Assembly (NCBI GenBank): GCA_002269645.1
Contig: NIVC01001181.1
Coordinates: 62,001 to 126,000, forward strand
Origin: Macrostomum lignano
Lineage: Eukaryota
Direction: 5' to 3'
DNA: 64,000 bases
The notes beneath the pieces are model-generated. The model was not told where the DNA came from. It made no database searches and was given only the letters and a program-made list of their open reading frames with translations. Of the stretch, positions 1 to 9,398 are shown piece after piece (within the stretch, counting starts at the first letter, position 1; each line of letters opens with the position of its first letter). The position numbers and the translations under genes are program-made.

Positions 1-860
1 CGCACGGTGTCACCAACTTCGAAGGACCGGGCTTGGCGGGGCGTCGAGTCGGTGCTCGCACTCTGACGGTGTCGCATCTGTTCAGCCAGGGACGGTCGCA
101 GGAGGTCCAGCCGGGATCGCAGGCGACGTCCGAATAGCAGTTCGCTTGGTGAGGCACCGGTGCTCGAATGCGGCGTGATCCGGTAGGCAAACAGGAAGCG
201 CTGCATGGCTTCCGCAGAGTGACCCGACTTCCTGATGTGAGATTTCAGCGTCTGCACGAATCTTTCGGCCTGTCCGTTGGTGGCCGGGTGGTAGGGCGCT
301 GAAGTCACGTGCCGGATCCCGTTGCTACGCATGAAGTCAGCGAACTCACGAGAGGCGAACTGGGGGCCGTTGTCGGAGACGAGAATCCTTGGCAGGCCCA
401 AGTTGCAGAATACGTCACGGAGATGCCCGATGGTCCCGCCAGCAGACGTGTCGCTGATGAGGCGAACTTCGGGCCATTTGCTGTAGGCGTCGACAATGAC
501 TATGTACATTCGACCGTTAACTGGGCCGGCGAAGTCGACATGTAGGCGGCTCCATGGTTCGTTGGGGAACAGCCAGGGATGCACTGGAGCCTTTGCTGGG
601 TCTGCCTGATGAGCTCTGCAGGTGTCGCACTCTCTCCCGAGCTGCTCTAGTTCCTTGTCTAGCCCAGACCACCAGACGAAGCTCCGTGCGAGGGCCTTCA
701 TTCGGCTCGCACCGGGATGTGCCAGATGCAGCTCCCGCAGCACCGACTGGCGCAGGGTGTCCGGGATAACGACGCGAGATCCCATCAGCACACAACCGGC
801 TTCGACTGAAAGCTCTGCTTGACGATGGGCGAAGTCCGGGAAGTCGTTAGCTGGCAGCTC
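1..860 (-). pseudogene. Gypsy integrase region, open to the window edge, out of frame with upstream pol
   Basis: Manual translation from 860: ELPANDFPDFAHRQAELSVEAGCVLMGSRVVIP...LHLAHPG...CDTC...RLHVDFAGP...LVSDNGPQF...PYHPATNGQAERFVQTLK. Zn-finger HHCC and DDE triad are intact. A frameshift at about 861 separates it from the 847-1062 frame. Confidence 0.92.
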
Positions 861-2937
861 CCGACCGCAGGGCCCACAGCAGCTTTGACAGTGCCGTGTC
901 GGCTTGAGTTGCCTTGGCAATGGCAGCAGCAGTCACTGCGACGCTCGAATCGTCCTCTAGAGTGAGCGAGTGCACCGCGGCTTCTTCGACGAAGTTGCCC
1001 TTGAGCGCCAGGCGGGAGAGGGAATCGCAGTTTTCGTGCTTCTCGGTCGGCCGGAACTCCATGGAGTACTGGTAGCCCGATAGTCAGATGGCCCACCTCT
1101 GCATTCTGGCAGCAGCGCGCGTCGGGATTTCCTTGTCCGGGCCCAGCAGTCCGAGGAGCGGCCGATGATCCGTCACGATGGTGAAGTGGCAACCGTAAAG
1201 AAATTGGTGAAAGCGCTGCACGCCGTAGATGATTGCCAGCGCCTCCTTGTCCAGCTGGGAGTAATTGCGCTGGGCTGAGGTCAGAGACTTGCTGGCGAAA
1301 GCGATCGCTTGGTCTTGGCCGTTCACGCGGTGGCTGAGCACGACGCCAATGCCGTATGCTGACGCGTCGCACTCCAGCCGAAGAGGCAAGTCCGGGTTGA
1401 AGTGCATCAGGGCACCAGAGTCCAGCAACAGCTGCTTTGAAGCACGGAAGGCCTGGTCCTCGGGATCGCCCCATTTCCAAGTTGCGCCCTTGGTAAGCAG
1501 GTGGTTGAGAGGTGCTACAACCGACGCCAAGTTGGGCAGGAACTTTGCATAGTGAGTCAGCATGCCCAGGTAGGAGCGCACGTGACTCACATCGGTCGGC
1601 GCCGGCGCACGCTGCACGGCCTCGATCTTGTCAGCGAGTGGCCGCAAACCGTGACGGTCGATCCGGTGACCCAGGTAGTCGTTCGAATCTCTGAAGAAGG
1701 CGCACTTGGTCACGTTGATGTGCAGACCGGCCTCTTGCAGCTTGTGCAGCACTTGCATCAGGTTGGCCTTATGCGCAGCCAATGTAGAGTCCGTCACCAA
1801 GATGTTATCCTGGTAGACTTGAACACCGTCGAGGTGCCCCACCAGGGTGTCGAGCACGCGCTGGAAGATGGCGCTGGCCGAGCAGATGCCGAAGGGCAAG
1901 CGGTTGACTTGAAACAGTCCTCGCTGGGTGTTGACGACGAGGAGCTGCTTGCTATCCTCGGAGATCGGCAGCTGCATAAACGCCTTGGCCAGGTCGAGCT
2001 TGCTCCACTTGTAGCCGCCGCCCAGCCGTGCGAACAGGTCCTCGATCCTCGGCAATGGATAGTGCTCCTGCTTGGCCACGCGGTTGAAGGTGCATTTGTA
2101 GTCTCCGCATATGCGCACCGAGCCATCCTTCTTAACGACCGGAACAATCGGCGCCGCCCAGTCGGAGCCCGTGTCTGGAGTGGTGATTGGAGTGATGACG
2201 CCCTCTGCCTCCATTCGCTGCAGTTCCTTGTCTACGCTGTCACGCAGGGCGTAAGGTACTGGCCGGGCCTTGTAGAAACGGGGCGTGGCGCTGTCCTGGA
2301 CGTGCAACTTCACCTCCCCCAGTCGGTACTTGCCCAGGTTGTCCGCGAAGACGTCTGGAAACTGCTGAATTATTTCTGCAGCGATGTCGTTGGGGTTCTC
2401 CGCTACGGCGTTGACTGGAGCAGTCAAGCGGGGCCAGTCCAGTCGGATGGCCGTCAGCCAGTTGCGGCCAAGGAGCCGAGCGCCGCCTTCGGACACGATG
2501 AGCAGTGGCAGCGCATAGGACTGTCCCTCATAGTTGATACTGACAGTCACCTCGCCGAGCGGGCAAAACTCCTGGTCAGTGTAGGTACGCAGTGTGGTCC
2601 TCGATGGGCGCAGCGGTAGGTGGCTGAGATGCTGGTCGTAGAAGGACTTTGGTGCCAAGCTGACAGCTGATCCGGTGTCCAGCTCAAACTGCGACAGCGT
2701 CTTTTCCACCTGCAGAGGCACCATGATGGCCGACCGGGAGGCGCTCGATACGTGGAAGATGGGCTCCTCCTCCTGTTCGTCCTCTGTGGCGGAGTCAGAT
2801 TCGTCTACCATCTTGATGGAAGCATTGGATGAACGGCAGACCTTCTTGAGATGACCGAGCCTGCCGCAGCCGTGGCACTTGGCGCTGCGATGCCTGCAGG
2901 TCTGTCGCGAATGAGAGCCTCCGCAGCTGTCGCAACG
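861..2937 (-). pseudogene. Gypsy gag C-terminus, protease, RT, RNase H and linker (disrupted)
   Basis: ORF 1084-2973: knuckles CDSCGGSHSRQTC and CHGCGRLGHLKKVC, DTG protease, RT motifs WAAPIVPV/RICGDY/LPFG. The catalytic motif reads YQDN instead of YxDD. In-frame TGA at 1084-1086 (RWAI*LSGYQY), reading resumes to about 862. Confidence 0.93.
2925..2937. repeat. Left target-site duplication of the LINE (AGCTGTCGCAACG)
   Basis: Identical 13-mer at 8747-8759. Removing the insert and one copy restores gag in frame: PKTNRCDSCGGSH. Confidence 0.95.
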
Positions 2938-3412
2938 CCGGGGCTGTTGCCCCCAGGACCCCGGGTCCTGCACGTAATGGCGTGGTGAACTATCTGTGCA
3001 GTATGATACTGGTATGGCCTTTATCCCAGCCAGCGATGCTCACACCTGCCTCCCCTGGCGGGCTGATAGCTCAAGAGACTCTGTCTCCTGATTTTCACCT
3101 TGCAAGGCGCACTTCGAAGGGTACTCGTCCCGTGGGTGTTAAGGCAGGCCCCCTTGGGCCCTGCCGAGCTGATTCGTTGGCGCCGGGTCCTGGTGTGACC
3201 ATAAACGCACCCTCTAATGTCCCAGTGTAACTCCGTGCTGATGGACGCTTGGCCAGGGAGTAGTCTGGTCGCTAACGGTTCCCCTTGCGCTTTTGGGTCC
3301 CCCCGCAGGGTGGTATTTTGCTTTTTGGGGGCCTGCCGCTTGGTTTGGGGTTGCGGCCTTGCGGCTCTTTGCCTGTGTTCTGCAGGAAGTCCCACCTTTT
3401 TACTTCCAGCCA

Positions 3413-4933
3413 ATGGCTTCTAACCGAAGTAACAAACCGGCTGTGGATGACACAGTGCCTCCGGCCTCGGCTGGGGCCGTGGACTCCTCGGCCATACCAC
3501 CTGCTACCATCGGGGACGCCTCGGCGAGACCCGTGGAGCCAACTCTGAGCGGTGCCTCCGAGAAGACACCTGCTACTCCAGCTGCTAAGAAACGCAGCAC
3601 CACCTCTGGAGCTGCCCGCCGTCGACTTAACAAGGCGAGGCGGGCCAAGGAGGGCGGAAGCCAAACCGGTGCCAGGGGCCAACGGCCCGCGGCAGCGGAA
3701 GCTTCCCAGTCTGGGGCGGTGGCGGAAGAGGGCCTCGAGCCCACGGAAGCCCCTGCCCAGGATAGGGAGGCCGATGCAGCCGGGAGGGTGGACAGCCCAC
3801 CTGAAGAAAGCTCCACTGACCCCCGGGCCTCCTACGCTGATGCGGCAAAGAGGCAACCGGCGGTTGTCATCCTGGGAAAGGACGCGCGCCTGTCTCCCGA
3901 TCAGCTGAAGCAGGTGAGAAGTGCCGTTGATGGCCTCCTGTGGAAGCAAACTCTGAAGGGCACGCCTCTGAACATTCATTCGAATGCGACGAGGGACTCG
4001 TGCCTTCTCATTTGGCCCAGTGATGCTGACTCGGGTCGGCGGCTCCTTGAGCTGCTGCCCGAGCAGAGCTGGGACCTCAACCTAGCCTTCTGCAGAGAGG
4101 ACGAGCGCCCCCGGACCAAGAGGCATCGAATCTGGGTCCCGGCCAGGAGCGTTGTTACCTCTGCTGACGAGCTCCGGAAAGGACTGCTAGCAGTCAACCG
4201 GGAGCTTCCCGCCGCGGGCCTAGTGGTGCATGACACCCTTAAGCGCACCGACGGCACTGGCTTCACAGCCATCCTGGGGCTGTCGGACGCCTGGATGAGG
4301 CGTTATCCACACGGCAGCTTCATCAACGTCGGCCTTTGGAAGCTGCGCATCCGCTCCTACGAGGCCGACCCTCCCCGTGGCAGTGAGCAGGGCGGGCGGG
4401 ATGCGGAGGCGGCCGGGGCCGAGGCGCAAGCCTCTGCTCAGACTGCCAAAGCAAACCGCCCTGCCCGGCAGCACGGCCGCGCGGGCAAAGCTGAGCGCGC
4501 TGCTGAGGGCGGAGGCGACCGACGCCCGGCGCGTAGCACCAAGCGGCGCGGCCTGTACCAGCGTGCAGCTGAGGCAGTCCGTACCGCCAAAATCTCCCAG
4601 CTGAGGCGAGAGGTCGCCGGGACGCCTAGGCGCACCAGTTCGTCCAGGGAGGGTGGGGACGTCCCAGCTGGGCCCAACCCCTCGGGGCAGGGCCGACTGG
4701 AGACGGACCCGCCTGCCCAGGCGGCTGGCTGCTCCAGGGCATTGGGCCAATCTGAGGCGGAGGACCCCATGGATGGTGGGCAAAGGGCGGCGAACGCTGC
4801 CTACTGCCTTCCGGCCAATCGGGGGCCTTTTGCTGAAGAAGAGCCCATGGACACCGGCGACCCCGACCCGAAGCCGGTGAGCGCCGAGGAGGAGGAGGAA
4901 CTCCTGGCGGCTGCAACATCCGATCTGCAATGA
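3413..4933 (+). CDS. LINE ORF1 protein (about 506 aa from first ATG), no CCHC knuckle; central domain resembles LOA ORF1 (DUF4780-like, tentative)
   Basis: Uninterrupted frame (ORF track 3293-4933; first ATG 3413, MASNRSNK). Low-complexity basic and acidic termini flank a globular core (ASYADAAKR...RIWVPARS...LAVNREL...FTAILGL...INVGLWKLRIR). Confidence 0.85.
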   Translation: MASNRSNKPAVDDTVPPASAGAVDSSAIPPATIGDASARPVEPTLSGASEKTPATPAAKKRSTTSGAARRRLNKARRAKEGGSQTGARGQRPAAAEASQSGAVAEEGLEPTEAPAQDREADAAGRVDSPPEESSTDPRASYADAAKRQPAVVILGKDARLSPDQLKQVRSAVDGLLWKQTLKGTPLNIHSNATRDSCLLIWPSDADSGRRLLELLPEQSWDLNLAFCREDERPRTKRHRIWVPARSVVTSADELRKGLLAVNRELPAAGLVVHDTLKRTDGTGFTAILGLSDAWMRRYPHGSFINVGLWKLRIRSYEADPPRGSEQGGRDAEAAGAEAQASAQTAKANRPARQHGRAGKAERAAEGGGDRRPARSTKRRGLYQRAAEAVRTAKISQLRREVAGTPRRTSSSREGGDVPAGPNPSGQGRLETDPPAQAAGCSRALGQSEAEDPMDGGQRAANAAYCLPANRGPFAEEEPMDTGDPDPKPVSAEEEEELLAAATSDLQ

Positions 4934-7900
4934 TGCCAACGACTACCTGGTGTCTGCAGATCAACACCCAGCACTGCGTGGCGGCGTCGGTCAACCTGAT
5001 GCGCACGGCAGAGCAACAGCTTCCGGGCCTGGTCTTCGTACAGGAGCCCTGGATGACTAAAGGTAAGCCAAATAATGTGCCATCTGGCTACCACTGTTTT
5101 TGCATGGCGGGCTCTCAGCCTCGCCCAAGATCTCTGGTCTTTGCTGCAAAAGCTTTTGAGGCATGGATGAGACCTGATCTCTCGACTGGGGACATCTGTG
5201 TTGTTCAAATCAATAACCTCATTCCCAATAAACCTGTGCTGGTAGCTTCTGCCTATTTCCCGGGCGATGCCCCAGTTGTCTGCGACGCGTTAGTCAACCT
5301 TACTGACTATGCTGCGTCCCATCGGTTCGAGCTGCTCATTGCAGGGGATGTGAACGCACACCACCTGCATTGGGGCAGCAAGAACATCAATAGCAGAGGC
5401 GAGGAGCTGCTGGCCTATGTCAGCAGCACTAACCTCAACTTCTGTAACGTGGGCAATGCACCAACGTTCAATAATGGGCGGTGGGCCGAAGTCATCGACA
5501 CCACCATCGCCTCACCCGGACTGCTTTCCGCAGTTACGGGCTGGCGAGTGTGGGACGAGGACTCGCTCTCGGACCACCGCTTTATCCGCTTTTGCATTGG
5601 GCCGACCAAGCAAAAGCCTAAGGTCACTTGGAGTCGGAACGTCAGAAACACCGATTGGGCCGCCTTTGGCTCGAAGCTGAGCCGCGGCCTTCGGGATCTT
5701 GACCCCCCAGTGACCTCTCTGACTGCCAGGTGGTGGACGATCTCGCCTCCTCCCTGGGCGGGGCGATCACCACTGCCTTTGAAGCAGCCTGCCCCCTAAA
5801 GGCCTATAAAGGCAAGAAATCTGCTCCCTGGTGGAACCCAGAGCTCGGGGCCCTTCGGCGCCGAGCCAGGACCCTCCAAAGGCGAGCGCTCAAAACCAAA
5901 GACCCATCTGACAGAGAGGCCTATACCCGTGCGATCCACGAGTTTAAGGGCCAAGTCAGAAGGGCCAAGACGGCCAAGTGGCGCCAATATTGCGAAGGGC
6001 TTGAGGGCTCTCGCCCCGTAGCCCGCGTGGTTAAGGCACTCACTAATGACCGTTTTTCTAAACTCTCTGTTGTGAAGAGACCTGACGGCTCGGTCACAGA
6101 GAGTTCGGAAGAGACTCTAGAGCTCATGCTCAACAGTTTTTTCCCTAAATCTCCGACTCAGCAGGGCCCGCCCGACCACACAGTGGGAGGGCAAGGCCTA
6201 GCAAAGTCTATGATCACCAAAGACCGCATTATTAGAGCGGCAAGGTCCTTTAACCCGTTCAAGGCGCCTGGGCCCGACGGCATCTACCCAGCGTTCTTGC
6301 ACGAGGCGGTGAAAAACCACCGCTTCCTGGACCTGCTCTGTCGTCTCCTTCGAGCTTGTATGGAGCTGGGCTATGTACCAGTTGCATGGAGAGAGGCCCG
6401 GGTGGTCTTTATCCCCAAGCCTGGAAAGAGCGACTACCAATCGGTGAAGGCCTTCAGGCCTATCAGCCTCACTTCTTTCTGCCTCAAGCTCCTCGAGAGA
6501 CTGGTGCTTTGGCGCCTACTTTCGGTCGAGCTGAAGCGCTTCCCACTCTCGCAGAACCAGCACGCCTTCCGCGCGGGCAGGTCAACCGAGAGTGCTCTCC
6601 ATGTCATTGTTGACTTCCTGGAGAGGGCCGTTCTTGGCAGCGGCTTTGCCCTCTCGCTTTTCCTGGACATTGAGGGGGCCTTCGACAACGTCATCTTCGA
6701 GGCCTTTTGCAGAGCCCTGGAATCCAGGGCCACGCACCCTCACCTTGTCCGGTGGATCATGTTCATGATCCGAAACCGCACTGTTGTGGCCCACCTGAGC
6801 GGCAGCTCTCTTTCGGTGCCTGTCCTGAAAGGGGGCCCCCAGGGCGGCGTTCTCACCCCCGTTCTCTGGAACATGGTCATGGATGAGTTGCTTTGCAGTG
6901 ATCTCCACGACCCCATTCTCAAGGTGGGCTATGCCGATGATGTGACCGCGATATGCGCGGGCCCCTCGGTTGATACCATCAGAGACCTTCTGCAGGGCTT
7001 TCTGGGACGAGCGGAGCGTTGGGCAGACCAATGTGGCCTTAGACTCTCAGAGTCGAAAACCACAGCAGTCATGTTTACCAACAAACTGCTCTGGACCATT
7101 AAGCCCCTCACCCTCTATGGAAAGAATATTTCCATGGAGAAGCAGGTCCGCTGCCTGGGCCTCACTCTGGACCACAGGCTTAACTGGACTCCGCACATTC
7201 AAACTAAAGCCAAAAAAGCCCTGGCTGTACTGGCTCAGATCAGGCGCGCCGTGGGCACCACCTGGGGGCTCACCCCCAGGAAGCTGTGGTGGATTTACAC
7301 TGCCATCATCCGCCCCTCGATCAGTTACGCCAGCCTCGTGTGGGCTAGCGGCCTGAGCGTCAAGAGCAACCTCGACGCTCTCTACAAAATCCAGGGCAGA
7401 GCCTGCCGCATGACTATGGGCGCTCCACCCTCTACTCCTTTTGAAGGCATGAATGCCTTCCTCTGCGCCCCTCCTTTGGATATTTATATCAAAGGAGAGG
7501 CGGCGAAGAGCACCCGGCGTCTTCTGGATGCTGGGGTGGCCTTCAAGAAAGTGCGGGCCTTTAAGAAGCGGTCGCTTATCCCGCACTCTGACCTCTGCCT
7601 CAAGGCTCTCGAGGAGTGTGGCGGGCTCAACATCCTCACGGACTCGATCCCAGCCACCCTTCTCCTGAGCCAAAGGTATAAGGTCACCATTCAGCCTCGA
7701 CACGAGGCGAGTGACAGCTGGAGCGACTCTGAAGTCCACTGTTACACTGACGGCTCTATGAGGCATGGTCTTTCAGGCTTCGGAGCTTGCGTCTTCTTCA
7801 AGGGAGAAGTGGTGTGGAGCTACTCCCAGCACACTGGGCTCAACTCCAGTGTTTTTCAGAGCGAGGTGCTTGCCATCAGCTCCTGCGCGGCAGAGCTGCG

Positions 7901-8633
7901 CCGAAGGCAGCTTAGCGGCCGGAAATTTATTTTTCACTCTGACAGCCAAGCAGCCCTTCGGGCCCTCTGCCGCAGCACCGCCAGCTCCAGGTCCGTCCTG
8001 GACTGCAACACCCAGCTCAACGGGCTTGCGCTAGGCAACCAGGTGGAGCTCAGATGGATCCCGGGCCACGCCGGCTTCCTCGGCAACGAGCGCGCTGACC
8101 TGCTGGCCAAGGCTGGCTCCGCCGGCGCGCTATTGGGGCCGGGCCCGGGTGCCCCCATCCCCGCCTCGGTGATCAATTCCCGCGTTAAGCGCTGGGCTGA
8201 CTCCGAGCATCTCCGCAGGTGGCACGACACCCGGAATTGTAGGCAATCCCGTGCTGCCGTCCCCTGTCCCTCTCCTCTCCTGCGTAGAGCCCTCCTCAGG
8301 CTCAACCGCAGAGACCTCAGAGCAGTTAGCATGGCCCTCTCCGGGCATGGCTGCTTCTCTCGCCACCGCTTCCTTCAGGGCCAAGTACCCGAGGAGCGGT
8401 GCCCCTTCTGCCGCTCAGGCAGTGAAAACGCCGAGCATTTTATCTGCCACTGCCCGGTTTTCACCAGGGCCAGGCTTACTCACCTCGGGCCAAACCCGGT
8501 TCTCTCCGACGTTTGCAGGCCCGAGAGCATCCCACTGCTCGCCCGGTACCTCAGGGACACCGGACGAGCTGATTTCTTCCCCACCGTCGGTGAGGAGGAC
8601 CGCGCTGCAGGCGAGACCGACGGGTCCCCCTGA
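4930..8633 (+). CDS. LINE ORF2: APE endonuclease-RT-RNase H-Zn motif, with a single frameshift at about 5703-5729
   Basis: 4930-5799 frame: FVQEPW, SAYFP, GDVNAHH, DTT, SDHRFI (APE). 5730-8633 frame: KAPGPDG, FRPISL, FLDIEGAFD, PQGGVLTP, GYADD (RT); YTDGS, EVLAI, SDSQAAL, WIPGH..GNERAD (RNase H); CPFC..EHFICHCP. Adding 1 nt near GACCCCCCA...GCCAG joins the frames. Confidence 0.92.
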
Positions 8634-8748
8634 GCGACACCACTTCAACGGAAGTCGTTGGTCGCCAGGGGCTAGCGGAATGGGCGGTCTCCTCCGCCTC
8701 CTCGCTGCATCCGCCGGACGCCCCTGCAGCTAAGTCAAGTAAGTCAAG
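8634..8748 (+). other. LINE 3' UTR with nested stems and a (TAAGTCAAG)2 tail
   Basis: Stems GCGAC/GTCGC (8634/8661), CAGGGGC/GCCCCTG (8666/8720), GCGGA/TCCGC, GGCGG/CCGCC. Tandem 9-mer at 8731-8748, whose last AG overlaps the TSD. Confidence 0.75.
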
Positions 8749-8759
8749 CTGTCGCAACG
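8747..8759. repeat. Right target-site duplication of the LINE
   Basis: AGCTGTCGCAACG, identical to 2925-2937. Confidence 0.95.
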
Positions 8760-9387
8760 GTTAGTCTTGGGCGATGCCGCGCCGGCAGATGGTCTCATCG
8801 AGTTGGCTTGCCTGCTGCTGGGGCGTGCGGTTGCAGCTGGTTGAGCCGTGACTCGGTGTGTAGACGACGGTAGCGACATTTCGCTTGAAGATCTCTGCGA
8901 AGTCTCCAAGGAAATAGCCAGGGTGGTCAGCGCCTCGTAGGAGTTGTTCGCACTCTCCAACAACTTGGAGCGCATTACATCGCTACTCATGCCAAATACC
9001 AGCTGATCACGAAGTCGCTCATTCAGTGTTGAGCCGAAATTGCAGTGCACCGCCGCAGACTTGAGACCTGCCAGGAAGACTGTGAACGATTCGCCTTCTT
9101 GCTGCATCCTGCGCTGAAACTTGAATCTGGCAGCAATCTCGGAAGGAGCAGGTGAGCAGTGGTTCTTAAGGACGTCTCTGAGTTGCTCGAATGTCTTAGT
9201 GGTCAGCTTGTCCGGATGGCACAGGTCCCGAAGCAGTTTGTAGTGTTTCTCTCCAATGGCAGTGAGAAATGTAGCGCGCTTGGCCTCGGTGGACTCGATC
9301 TTGTTGCAGATGAAATACTGCTCCATTCTCTCCGCGTAAATCTCGAAGTCGGAGTCTTGTGTGAGCTCCGGAATCCGTCCATTTGAA

Positions 9388-9397
9388 CTCGTCGCCA
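9388..9397 (-). promoter_or_regulatory. Primer-binding site TGGCGACGAG (tRNA-Ser(GCT)-type)
   Basis: Lies 1 nt inside the LTR end (...ACCACA A TGGCGACGAG). Complementary to the ...CUCGUCGCCA 3' end of tRNA-Ser(GCU), recalled from knowledge. Confidence 0.8.
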
Positions 9398-9398
9398 T

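Larger units (their letters stand above)
2938..8748 (+). mobile_element. Non-LTR retrotransposon, LOA/R1-group-like, apparently full length
   Basis: TSD-flanked; 475-nt 5' UTR; ORF1; ORF2 with APE endonuclease, RT, RNase H and C-terminal Cys/His motif; short 3' UTR ending in tandem TAAGTCAAG x2. Clade assignment rests on domain architecture and motif resemblance, not a database search. Confidence 0.93.
8747..9398 (-). pseudogene. Gypsy gag N-terminal part, truncated by the LINE insertion
   Basis: MATSSNGRIPELTQDSDFEIYAERMEQYFICNKI...RFKFQRRMQQEGESFTVFLAGLKSAAVHCNFG..LNERLRDQLVFGM, a typical Gypsy/Mag capsid-like region. The frame runs into the TSD (NRCDS). Confidence 0.92.

Noticed and set aside
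1501-2619. 372-aa + strand ORF antisense to Gypsy RT (and other antisense ORFs over the LINE)
   Set aside because: Mirror frame of a GC-rich coding region; no recognisable motifs.
2938-2973. Apparent N-terminus MQDPGSWGQQPR of the 629-aa pol ORF
   Set aside because: It is the antisense LINE 5' end with a GTG pseudo-start, created by the insertion junction.
8690-8740. Exact HDV L3 sequence TCCTCGCT followed by GCTAA in the LINE 3' UTR
   Set aside because: P3 (GCC/GCA) and P2 do not pair and no P4 forms; the topology does not fit an HDV ribozyme.
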